Shown piece by piece: positions 49,127-57,401 of a DNA stretch of 64,000 nt. The DNA is taken from the NCBI GenBank assembly GCA_023474425.1, contig JAMCXX010000003.1:21712-85711 (forward strand), given 5' to 3'. Position 1 is the stretch's first letter, and every line of letters starts with the position of its first letter. Under the pieces are notes generated by a model. That model ran no database searches, was not told the origin of the DNA, and saw only the letters and a list, made by a program, of their open reading frames with translations. This stretch comes from Patescibacteria group bacterium (GTDB taxonomy: Bacteria; Patescibacteriota; WWE3; JAMCXX01). A program made the translations under genes and the position numbers.

Positions 49127-49930
49127 ATGTACCACTTTTTTTCAAATTTCGAGCTTACAAGCTTATTAACTTATTGCTTAGTTCTTGCCTTCGGTGCCTG
49201 TGTCGGCTCTTTTTTAAACGTGGTGATTGACCGTTTTCCGGCTGGCCAATCAATTCTTGGACGCTCTCGGTCGGATTGTTGCGCGCGAACTTTGGGTGTT
49301 TGGGATTTAATTCCCATCTTAAGTTTTATGTTTTCGAGAGGAAGGTGCCGATATTGTAACCATCATCTTTCTTTTTATTATCCCTTAGTTGAGGCATCAG
49401 CGGCGATTTTGACTTTGATTTTCTATCTTATTTTTCCTCTCCCTCACTTTGTTTTTTATGCCGTAAACGGCTACTTTTTAATTATCTATTTTTTTATGGA
49501 CCTTAAGTACGGTTTGGTTTCTTCGGCGGTTTTCTCTTTAAATATTTTTTTTACCGTTTCTTGCCTACTTTACCTTTTATACCGTCGCGAGCTCAGCCTT
49601 GCCCAAATGGAGCTAACGGCGGTTTCCGGCTTTATTCTCGCCTTGTTTTTCTTATTCTTAATCTTAATGACGCGGGGTCGGGGCATGGGTTTGGGCGATA
49701 TTCTTTTGGTTTTGGCGCTTTCCCTTTTTCTGGGTTTTCCTCTTTCTCTGGTTATGATTTTCTTAAGTTTCTTTTTAGGTGGTCTAGCGTCAATCTTTTT
49801 ACTTCTACTTGGTAAAAAGAAAATTGGCCAGACGGTTCCCTTTGGTCCGTTTCTTACCCTCTCGTCTCTGCTTGCTTTGTTTTGGGGTAATGTTTTAATT
49901 AACTTTTATCTGCGTTATCTTTTAGGGTAG
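49127..49930 (+). CDS. pilD: Prepilin peptidase
   Basis: GSFLNVVIDR, RGRCRYC, YPLVE, D, GMGLGD, PFGPFL. Confidence 0.93.
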   Translation: MYHFFSNFELTSLLTYCLVLAFGACVGSFLNVVIDRFPAGQSILGRSRSDCCARTLGVWDLIPILSFMFSRGRCRYCNHHLSFYYPLVEASAAILTLIFYLIFPLPHFVFYAVNGYFLIIYFFMDLKYGLVSSAVFSLNIFFTVSCLLYLLYRRELSLAQMELTAVSGFILALFFLFLILMTRGRGMGLGDILLVLALSLFLGFPLSLVMIFLSFFLGGLASIFLLLLGKKKIGQTVPFGPFLTLSSLLALFWGNVLINFYLRYLLG

Positions 49931-49951
49931 CGCATATAAGTACTATAGAAA

Positions 49952-50407
49952 ATGAAAGAAGGTTTTACTCTCATAGAGCTTATGGTGGTTATTGCCATCG
50001 TCGGAATTCTGGTGGTGGTGGTAATTATTACCCTAAACCCCGCCCAAAGGGTCGGAGATGCCCAAAAAGCAGCCATTTCCGCTCAGACTTCCGCTTTGGG
50101 TTCTATTTACGAACTCTGTTTAAATTATGTTGACACGCAGGCGGTGCCGGCGGTGCAAAACTCACCAGCTGATTGCGGTTTCACCGGTTCGCCGAACTCC
50201 ACGTTTATTAACAACTTAACCACGACCGCCCCGGGCGCCCCTTTTTTGAAATCTCCGCCCAGCACGGGTAACTTTATTTTGACAGGAGCCGGTGTGATTA
50301 ATGTTACCGGTTGTATTAACGGTATTAGCGGCAGTTATTACGCTCAATTTCAAAGTTACAACAATAAGGTTCTGGTGGGAAGCGGCGACCCGCCGAATTG
50401 TCCTTAA
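49952..50407 (+). CDS. Type IV pilin-like protein
   Basis: MKEG|FTLIELMVV. Confidence 0.9.
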   Translation: MKEGFTLIELMVVIAIVGILVVVVIITLNPAQRVGDAQKAAISAQTSALGSIYELCLNYVDTQAVPAVQNSPADCGFTGSPNSTFINNLTTTAPGAPFLKSPPSTGNFILTGAGVINVTGCINGISGSYYAQFQSYNNKVLVGSGDPPNCP

Positions 50408-50409
50408 AG

Positions 50410-50497
50410 CATTTGACATTTGACATTTTACATTTGACAATTAATCAGAGCGATGACGAAGTCTAACCTTCAACTTTCAACTTTCAACTTTCAACTT
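50410..50497. repeat. Heptamer arrays around a pilin start
   Basis: (CATTTGA)-type x4 at 50410-50439; (AACTTTC)-type x4 at 50465-50497 inside the leader peptide. Confidence 0.85.
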
Positions 50498-50938
50498 ATT
50501 CGTGGTTTCACCCTTATAGAGATGCTCGTGACCATCGCCATTATTGTAATTGTGTCTGGGGCACTGATTGTAGGTATTAATCCCACTAAAAGACTTCAAG
50601 ACGCGCAGGACGCCCGGGCCAAGCAAGATGTGCGGGCCATTGCGTCGGCGGTGGAATCTTGTATGTCTTATGTAAACCCCGCGACCAATACGGCCAACTC
50701 TAATGACCCGAATACAAACTGCAGTCCCGGTTCTAAGCTGGCGCCGGGAAGCACCACCCCAGGGTCCCCCTTCACTAGGGCGGCGCCGCCGAGCAATATT
50801 ATTTTCTTAACCAGCATTAGTAATACCAATGTTTGTTTTTACGAGCAGGGTAGCACCAATCCGGCCAACTACTGGGTTTATCAGACTAATACTGGATTGG
50901 TTCAAAGCCAATCAACCGTTCCAAACTCCTGTCCCTAG
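50453..50938 (+). CDS. Type IV pilin-like protein with repeat-encoded leader
   Basis: MTKSNLQLSTFNFQLIRG|FTLIEM. Confidence 0.88.
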   Translation: MTKSNLQLSTFNFQLIRGFTLIEMLVTIAIIVIVSGALIVGINPTKRLQDAQDARAKQDVRAIASAVESCMSYVNPATNTANSNDPNTNCSPGSKLAPGSTTPGSPFTRAAPPSNIIFLTSISNTNVCFYEQGSTNPANYWVYQTNTGLVQSQSTVPNSCP

Positions 50939-50962
50939 TTCTTTTATTTCTGATCAATACTC

Positions 50963-51394
50963 ATGAACAAACTAGAGCAAAGAAAATTACTTGGTTTTAC
51001 TCTAATCGAGCTCGTTGTTGTTATTTCAATTATTACTATTTTGGTTGGTTCCCTTTTTGCGGTAATACGACCGCAGGATTTCTTAAGTCGTAGCCGAGAC
51101 TCACGTCGCCAATCCGACCTTAAACTCATTCAAACGGCTTTAGAGCAGTACTATGCCAATAACAACAGCTACCCGTCGGCGACTCCCTTAGCCGGCTCGA
51201 GCTGGACCTATAATGGAGTTACCTACCTAAGAAGCGTGCCCAAGGACCCCAATGGCAACACCAACTATTGTTACAACTATAATTCTCCCAATTATGAGCT
51301 CTGCTCAAAGTTCGAGGGTCCCGTCCCATCTGGCTTCAGCTCTCCCGTCGCCTGTGGCGCTAATTTTAACGGCTGTCTCACCAACCCCTTCTGA
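50963..51394 (+). CDS. Type IV pilin / GspG-like pseudopilin
   Basis: LG|FTLIEL, RDSRRQSDL..IQTALEQY, VPKDP. Confidence 0.9.
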   Translation: MNKLEQRKLLGFTLIELVVVISIITILVGSLFAVIRPQDFLSRSRDSRRQSDLKLIQTALEQYYANNNSYPSATPLAGSSWTYNGVTYLRSVPKDPNGNTNYCYNYNSPNYELCSKFEGPVPSGFSSPVACGANFNGCLTNPF

Positions 51395-51462
51395 AGTTGA
51401 AAGTTGAGAGTGGAAAGTGGATAGTTAAAGAGTGGGTAAAAAATTTTCAACTTTCAATTTTT
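51394..51462. repeat. Inverted pair of heptamer arrays spanning a pilin start
   Basis: AAGTTGA/AAGTGGA-type x5-6, then AATTTTC-AACTTTC-AATTTTT. Confidence 0.85.
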
Positions 51463-51953
51463 CCGCCGCGTTCACCCTCATTGAACTTCTCGTTGTCATT
51501 GCCGTCATAGGCGTTCTTTACGCCATTTCCATTGGCGTTCTTCAGCCGGATGTTCAGAAAAAAAGAGTCCGGGACGCGCAGCGCCTTGCCGATTTGGGTC
51601 GCCTGCAGTCGGTTATTGAAGCTTATATCTCCGACCACGGGGTGCCGCCGGACGTGAGCGGTTTGGTGAGAGTCAGCAATGTGCCGGTTAGTTCCGGTTC
51701 CAACCCTTCCCGTTCCGACGGCAGCGGTTGGCTGGGCGTAGACCTCTCCAGCTGGTTGGATAAATTGCCGGTCGACCCTCTGAACGCCGGTTCTTACGTC
51801 TATCGTTACGAACGGGTCGGCGGAAACTACGAACTCGACGCAGGTCTGGAATACTACACCAATTTAATGTTAGACAGCGCCCCGGGCGGCGACGGCGGCA
51901 ACAGCGATAATAGATTGGAAAAAGGCACGGATTTAACTATTTTGGGGAACTAG
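51432..51953 (+). CDS. Type IV pilin-like protein
   Basis: MGKKFSTFNFSAA|FTLIEL, LPVDP. Confidence 0.88.
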   Translation: MGKKFSTFNFSAAFTLIELLVVIAVIGVLYAISIGVLQPDVQKKRVRDAQRLADLGRLQSVIEAYISDHGVPPDVSGLVRVSNVPVSSGSNPSRSDGSGWLGVDLSSWLDKLPVDPLNAGSYVYRYERVGGNYELDAGLEYYTNLMLDSAPGGDGGNSDNRLEKGTDLTILGN

Positions 51954-51985
51954 AATTGACAATGGACAATGCACAATTGACAATT
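51954..51985. repeat. Heptamer array upstream of the four-helix-bundle gene
   Basis: AATTGAC-AATGGAC-AATGCAC-AATTGAC-AATT. Confidence 0.85.
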
Positions 51986-51990
51986 AACTT

Positions 51991-52350
51991 GTGAGTGAAC
52001 GGGGTAAAGACATCCTCGAAAGGTCAAAGCGTTTTGCCATTAAGATAATTAAATTGTCGGGACACTTGCCAAGAACTCCCGCCGGGTTTGTGATTGCCGA
52101 ACAACTTATCGGATGTGGGACTTCAGTTGGTGCGAACACCGTTGAAGCACAAGATGCCTCATCGAGAAAAGACTTTATTAATAAGATGAGTATTGCCCTG
52201 AGAGAGTGCCGAGAGTCTAAGTATTGGTTGAGTATTATTCAGTAGTCAGGTTTATTGAGAGGAGACGAATTAATGTTATTGATTGAGGAAAGTAATCAAC
52301 TTTGCGCTATTTATTCTGCAATTGTAAAAAATGCGAGAAATCATCAATAG
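51991..52350 (+). pseudogene. Four-helix-bundle protein (23S rRNA IVP / TIGR02436-like) with in-frame TAG
   Basis: ERSKRFA..LP......QL..GTSVGAN..EA..ASS.KDF..K..IALRE..E..YWL; TAG at 52243-52245, then the frame continues SGLLRGDELMLLIEESNQLCAIYSAIVKNARNHQ*. Confidence 0.8.
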
Positions 52351-52966
52351 CTCCCAACACACCTGCTTGTATCACAAAGGAACTGGTCGTTCGGATAATT
52401 TATCAATTCTCAATTCTCAATTCTCAATTTCCTCCGCCTTTACGCTAATTGAACTTTTGGTGGTTATTTCTATAATTGCCATCCTCACCGCCGGAGCTAT
52501 TCCCTCATTTAGCGGATTTACAAGGTCACAAGCCCTGATTCAAAGTTTTAAGAACTTAAAATCGGATTTAAGAGTGGCTCAAAGTCGTTCTCTTTCCGGT
52601 GCGGCTGTTGCCAAGGGCGGTGTGCCCACCGCCCAAGCCTGGGGCGTACACCTAACTCAAGGGAGTCTAACCTACAGTCTTTTTAGTTGTGACCCGGTGG
52701 CAACGGTTAGCCAATATTACCAATATAATTTTTTGGCCTGTACATCTGTTGGGGGGTATAACAAAACTGTCAATTTGGGTGCTAATGTAAAAATATTGAC
52801 GCTCTCCGCAAATCCCCTGGACGTAGTTTTTGATTCCCAGAACGGTGCCATTGTAGTAAACGGGGCTTCGATTTCTTCGAACGTTATTATTACACTGGAC
52901 TATTCCTCCGGAGGTAGTTCGCCCCAAACTATTACTATTACTCCTCAAGGCGGGATTTCCGATTGA
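52331..52966 (+). CDS. Minor pilin (FimT/GspH-like) with repeat-encoded leader
   Basis: ..LSILNSQFSISSA|FTLIEL; (CAATTCT) x3 at 52404-52424; start uncertain. Confidence 0.82.
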   Translation: MREIINSSQHTCLYHKGTGRSDNLSILNSQFSISSAFTLIELLVVISIIAILTAGAIPSFSGFTRSQALIQSFKNLKSDLRVAQSRSLSGAAVAKGGVPTAQAWGVHLTQGSLTYSLFSCDPVATVSQYYQYNFLACTSVGGYNKTVNLGANVKILTLSANPLDVVFDSQNGAIVVNGASISSNVIITLDYSSGGSSPQTITITPQGGISD

Positions 52967-53577
52967 GGAAGTTGAAAATTGAAAATGTAAAGTGGAAAAT
53001 TAAAAGTATGAGGTTAAAAATTTCCGTCTGGGGCGGACAAGCCTTTGGCCGGGAAAAGGGAAAATGGAAAGTTAAGGTGACCGGAGGCCGACATTCAATT
53101 GTCAATTCTAAATTGTCAATTCTAAATTTTTCCGGTCAGACTCTTATTGAAACAGTTGTGGCCCTAGCTGTAGTTATTGTACTCGTTGCTTCCCTGCTCT
53201 CCGTTTCCATCGTCAGCGTGCGCAGTGCTACCCTTTCCCGTAATCAGGCCGTTGCTTCACAGCTGGCATATAAAGAGTTGGAAAACGTACGCAATGCCCG
53301 CGATTCAAGCCCAACCTGGTCCTCTTTTTATAATCAGTTCGTGAGTGGAATCTGCACCTCAACCTGCTACACCTCTTGTAACTCCGCCAGCTGCACCCTT
53401 TACTCTTCGGGGGTTAAAACCGTTACGGCCAACGATGTAGGCACAACTTTTACCGTTTCCATAAGCGGCTCCGCTATCTCGTCCGATACCATTCAAGCTA
53501 AATCAAGCGTCGGCTGGACCGATTCGTCTGGAACCCACACGCAAGTTTTGGTAACCAAATTCACCGCCTGGCAATAA
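52963..53577 (+). CDS. Minor pilin (PilV-like) with long repeat-derived leader
   Basis: ..SIVNSKLSILNFSG|QTLIE; A..LA..ELE.VR..RD; start uncertain. Confidence 0.8.
   Translation: MRKLKIENVKWKIKSMRLKISVWGGQAFGREKGKWKVKVTGGRHSIVNSKLSILNFSGQTLIETVVALAVVIVLVASLLSVSIVSVRSATLSRNQAVASQLAYKELENVRNARDSSPTWSSFYNQFVSGICTSTCYTSCNSASCTLYSSGVKTVTANDVGTTFTVSISGSAISSDTIQAKSSVGWTDSSGTHTQVLVTKFTAWQ
52969..53130. repeat. 'Empty' paired heptamer element with internal palindrome
   Basis: AAGTTGA-AAATTGA-AAATGTA-AAGTGGA ... TCCGTCTGGGGCGGA ... AATTGTC-AATTCTA-AATTGTC-AATTCTA. Confidence 0.75.
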
Positions 53578-53580
53578 TTT

Positions 53581-54111
53581 ATGAAAGGGTTTACCTTAAT
53601 TGAGCTTCTTATCGCTATTTTTGTAACCGTGATTATTTTTGCCGTTGCCGGTGATGTTCTCGTTTCTGTTTTAAGATCTTCGAACAAATCCAACATATTA
53701 AACGAAATTAGCCAGAACGCGGATTTTGTCTTAAACAGTATTGAGTCTACCGCCCGTAATGGCAAATGCGCCTATATGAGCAGCGGCAATTTGGTGATTG
53801 TTGACCAATTTAATCAGGTAAATATCTTTAGCTTCGGCCCAAATCCCAACGGGTCTGGTTCCAGCGTTTTTAAGCAGGCTGGGGTCGGGACGCCGGCGGC
53901 TCTGACCAACACCGATTTGGTCGGCGGTGTAGATGTTGATAGAAGCGCGTCTTCCTTTAATGTACTTTCAGATAATCCCTTAAGCTGTACGGCCAAGAGG
54001 CCTTTAATCCAGGTAGTGCTACGCCTTCGCCAGGCACCCAACGCCTCGTCACGCATTGATTACCAGGCCGGCTCCACTTTCTACAAGAGTATTGAAGTTA
54101 GAAATTACTAG
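53581..54111 (+). CDS. Minor pilin (PilW-like)
   Basis: MKG|FTLIEL; C-terminal 'RNY'. Confidence 0.88.
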   Translation: MKGFTLIELLIAIFVTVIIFAVAGDVLVSVLRSSNKSNILNEISQNADFVLNSIESTARNGKCAYMSSGNLVIVDQFNQVNIFSFGPNPNGSGSSVFKQAGVGTPAALTNTDLVGGVDVDRSASSFNVLSDNPLSCTAKRPLIQVVLRLRQAPNASSRIDYQAGSTFYKSIEVRNY

Positions 54112-54236
54112 AAAGCAAGTAAGTTATAAGTTGGTAAGAATTAAGTTTGGAAAATTAGTTCTTTGCAAACTTGCTGCTTAATTCTGTGACTCGAGTTGAC
54201 TTGGTACTTTTTAATCATTAGGATTGTTTTAGAAAG

Positions 54237-55124
54237 ATGAAACTTGCCCAGCCTTTATACCGCGGACAGACATTGGTAATAATACTTTTAAGCACCTCTG
54301 TGGCTTTGACCGTGGCTCTGGCCGTTTCCATAAGAACAATCAGTTCCTTAAAGCAAACAACTACTTCGACGAGAGCGCAAGCTTCGTTAGCTGCGGCCGA
54401 AGCGGGAGCCGAAGTAGCTCTGGATAGATTGAAAAATAACACCTGCGGTTCGGGAGCCAACGCCGGCAATTGCACGAGTGCTGACGACCCTGGCAATGTG
54501 AACGGCTGGATTATCCTTACCGATTCTTCCACCCAATATAAATATGCGGTTAGCTCTGTGGGCGGTTCCAATAGCGACCCCTATCTCATGGATCTGGCCA
54601 AAGACCAAACCCAGGAGGTGAAGCTTAATAACACTTTCAATAATCAACCGGTCCGGGTTTGTTGGTGGAATTCTTCGGCGGACGGCAGCGAAACGACGAA
54701 CGCTCTGGAGATAATTTATGCCGATGACGCCGGCCATATGGCCAAGTACGCATACAACGGTACGGCCCCTTCTTCGCCGGATGGTTTTGCCGTTGCTGGC
54801 GGCGGGGCAACTGTTAATTTTCCCTCTAGTGGTGCCAGTGTGAGCTTTAGCCATTGTGTAACTTTTACAGCGACCACTTCTGGCGGCAGCAATGCCAAAT
54901 TATTCCGACTTAAGGCGTTTTTCAGTAACTTTACCGCCGTCGCTGATAATTCCGTTTCCGGCAAGAGTTTTCCCGCCGAGGCTTATCAGATTTTATCCAC
55001 CGGACAGACAAGCGACGGCTCCGTTGTTAAAAAGGTTCGCGTAACCAAGTCGTTGCCGGCTCTGCCCGGCATGTTTGATTACGGGCTTTTTAGCGGCAGC
55101 GCTACCCAGCCTATTTCGAGGTAG
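54237..55124 (+). CDS. PilX-like minor pilin
   Basis: RG|QTLVII (no Glu5), ASLAAAEAGAEVAL, LPGMFDYGLFS. Confidence 0.82.
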   Translation: MKLAQPLYRGQTLVIILLSTSVALTVALAVSIRTISSLKQTTTSTRAQASLAAAEAGAEVALDRLKNNTCGSGANAGNCTSADDPGNVNGWIILTDSSTQYKYAVSSVGGSNSDPYLMDLAKDQTQEVKLNNTFNNQPVRVCWWNSSADGSETTNALEIIYADDAGHMAKYAYNGTAPSSPDGFAVAGGGATVNFPSSGASVSFSHCVTFTATTSGGSNAKLFRLKAFFSNFTAVADNSVSGKSFPAEAYQILSTGQTSDGSVVKKVRVTKSLPALPGMFDYGLFSGSATQPISR

Positions 55125-55129
55125 TCCAA

Positions 55130-55867
55130 ATGACGAAATTTTTGACTCCCCTATCCATTATTATTGCCGGGTTGATTATTGCCACTGCCATTATTTTTAC
55201 CAGCGATAAAGTAATCCTTCCGGATTTTTTACTTTTTAAAAACACCGCTAACCGTCAAGCGGCAACGGGGCCGGTAAGCCAAACGCCTAAGTTTGACCAG
55301 TGTATGGCGCAAAAGAAATATGTCCCGCAGCTTCAAAGTGAATCAAGCGCCGCTGCAGCCTTAGGGGTGAATGCTACACCCACAATTTTTGTTGACGGTA
55401 TTGTTTTTTCCAACTGGTATGATTACGCGTCCCTCAAGTCGTTTATTGAATTAGAGCTCAAGAAGGCAAACGGAGAGAAAGTTACCTTGCCCAAGGACTT
55501 GGCGGTCGTGCCCGTCAAAAAAGTTGATTTAGGTGGAAACCTGCCCTTAGGCAATCCTTCGGCTTCTGTTAAAGTGGTGGAATTCGGCGATTACCAGTGT
55601 CCCTACTGCGAACAGTTTTACAGTTCTGTTTTCCCCCAGCTTAAAAAGGACTTTATTGACACCGGAAAGGTGGAATTTGCCTTTCGCGATCTGGCCTTTT
55701 TGGGGCTGGAGTCAACCAACGCGGCTCTGGCGGCCAGTTGTGCTAATGAGCAGGGAAAATTCTGGGAGTACCACGACAAGCTTTACGGAAATCAAAAGGG
55801 CGAGAATCAGGGAGCCTTTAGCCTGGAAAATTTGAAGCGCTTTGCAGCTGAGTTGAGTTTGAAATAG
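55130..55867 (+). CDS. DsbA-family thiol-disulfide oxidoreductase, circularly permuted
   Basis: TM anchor; GVNATPTIFVDG (cis-Pro loop) precedes LGNPSASVKVVEFGDYQCPYC. Confidence 0.85.
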   Translation: MTKFLTPLSIIIAGLIIATAIIFTSDKVILPDFLLFKNTANRQAATGPVSQTPKFDQCMAQKKYVPQLQSESSAAAALGVNATPTIFVDGIVFSNWYDYASLKSFIELELKKANGEKVTLPKDLAVVPVKKVDLGGNLPLGNPSASVKVVEFGDYQCPYCEQFYSSVFPQLKKDFIDTGKVEFAFRDLAFLGLESTNAALAASCANEQGKFWEYHDKLYGNQKGENQGAFSLENLKRFAAELSLK

Positions 55868-55988
55868 CTGTCCGTATTTATCGCTCCCATACACTGTAGT
55901 ATGGGAGTGGTGGAGAAAAAAACAACAAAATAAAAAACCGGTCGCTTGGGTCAAGCGCCGGTTCTGTTTTTTTTGCAGGTAGGCTTCC

Positions 55989-56684
55989 CTACTGGAATTT
56001 GACGAAAATGATTTGAACATTCCAGCAGGCGTTCGGATTTTCATCCCCCTGTTGGTTGTTGAAAGCCGCCTTGCCAGAGTTTGGATCCGAAAGCGGTTTT
56101 CCAGTGTTGTCAACTACCCAAACATATCTTACTTGGCCAGCGGCTGACCCGAAGGCGTTGACGATGAACGAGAAATAACCCGAATAGGTTCCGTCAAACC
56201 GCGCATCTTTAAGGTAGTGATCCTGCGTTTCGTAATCCGGCCCGGCGGGCGCGCCATTGGGGTCGGCGGACATTCTGACCTTCAGTCCGTCAATCCCACC
56301 GTGAGGGTCGGAATTTTCCAATACGAGCCCTTCCACGAAGGACAGCCCTGAATGGTAGCAGCGAACGCTATCTACCCGGAACGAATACGGAGATGCGGTT
56401 GGCACCGCTACTACAGCTGTGGGTTGAACCGGTACTGGTGTTCGTGTTTTTGTCGCTGCCGGTTTCCTGGTGGGTGCTTTCGTCGGTGTGGCAGTATTTG
56501 TTGGAGCAGGAGTTGGCGTCAAAGTACTTGTGGGCAGAGGTGTAAAGGTCGGTGCGGCAGTTCGGGTTGGCGGTTGCGTTGGCGTAGCTCTAAAATAAGC
56601 AACGGTGTTGACCGTGCGGCAAGACAGCGCCAAAGCCGCAAGAATCAGAAGAATGGCGAACTTAAGGTGCTTTTGATTTTTCAC
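55989..56684 (-). CDS. Orphan lipoprotein with Pro/Thr-rich linker
   Basis: Lipobox LALSC; PT repeats; SD AAAGGAG before GTG 56684. Confidence 0.75.
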   Translation of the reverse strand: MKNQKHLKFAILLILAALALSCRTVNTVAYFRATPTQPPTRTAAPTFTPLPTSTLTPTPAPTNTATPTKAPTRKPAATKTRTPVPVQPTAVVAVPTASPYSFRVDSVRCYHSGLSFVEGLVLENSDPHGGIDGLKVRMSADPNGAPAGPDYETQDHYLKDARFDGTYSGYFSFIVNAFGSAAGQVRYVWVVDNTGKPLSDPNSGKAAFNNQQGDENPNACWNVQIIFVKFQ

Positions 56685-56776
56685 TTCTCTTGTCTCCTTT
56701 GGTTTATACTTCACCACAATGTAGTGGTGAAGTCGACGATTTAAGTTGAAGCCACCAAGGTTGATTTTGGTGGCTT

Positions 56777-57253
56777 CTAAAACCCCAGGGTGATTCTCAT
56801 GGCGTCGCGGATCTGCGGTAAAATTATTATATGTTCGACGCCAACATAGAGAACGAACATGAGCCAGGCCGGACGAAAGACCAAACCGCGGGCAAGCTCA
56901 ATGACGTCGTTCTCGTCTCGAGGCAGTATCAACCCTGTCACCCGCGAGAGCCACATAGTCGATGTTTCGACTACGAGAAAGAAAGCGACGGAGCCAAGAA
57001 ACCAAACCAGGATTCCGTTCGCTTGTCCGAAGAGATTAATCGCCAGGCCCGGTATGGCGCTTACTTCCCCGTAGTTGGGTTGGGCCAGGACGATTCGGGT
57101 CGAAACGGCGTCAATGATTGTAACGGCAATGAGCGCCGCCGTGGCCATAACTGTTACGCCATCAAGCCATGTTAGATACACCGTCCAGAGTTTTTTCAAC
57201 CAGTCCCAAGATTGGGAGTGGCTCTGTGGGACGGCAATATGATAAAGTGCCAT
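56777..57253 (-). CDS. Orphan membrane protein (DUF5658-like)
   Basis: 'IDAVST......GE...P' pattern, 3-4 TM; SD AAGGAGG; hairpin at 56748-56777. Confidence 0.65.
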   Translation of the reverse strand: MALYHIAVPQSHSQSWDWLKKLWTVYLTWLDGVTVMATAALIAVTIIDAVSTRIVLAQPNYGEVSAIPGLAINLFGQANGILVWFLGSVAFFLVVETSTMWLSRVTGLILPRDENDVIELARGLVFRPAWLMFVLYVGVEHIIILPQIRDAMRITLGF

Positions 57254-57401
57254 TTTGCCCTCCTTAGATCTTTTTTTGTTAGAGTTAGTTAAGCACGAAA
57301 ATTCCCCGGAGTCAAATTGCTATGAGATGTGCATCTGTGATGTATCGGAAGTTTGGAAAGTAAAAACCGAGAGTCTTTGAGGACGCTCGGTTTTTTGATA
57401 T

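Noticed and set aside
52243..52245. Genome-wide stop-codon reassignment
   Set aside because: TAG, TGA and TAA all end conserved genes at the expected positions in this window
51991..52350. Diversity-generating retroelement suggested by the Avd-like four-helix bundle
   Set aside because: No reverse transcriptase and no template/variable repeat pair with adenine-specific mismatches seen in the window
50410..53130. CRISPR array
   Set aside because: Repeats are 7-nt tandem units without unique spacers of regular length; no cas genes
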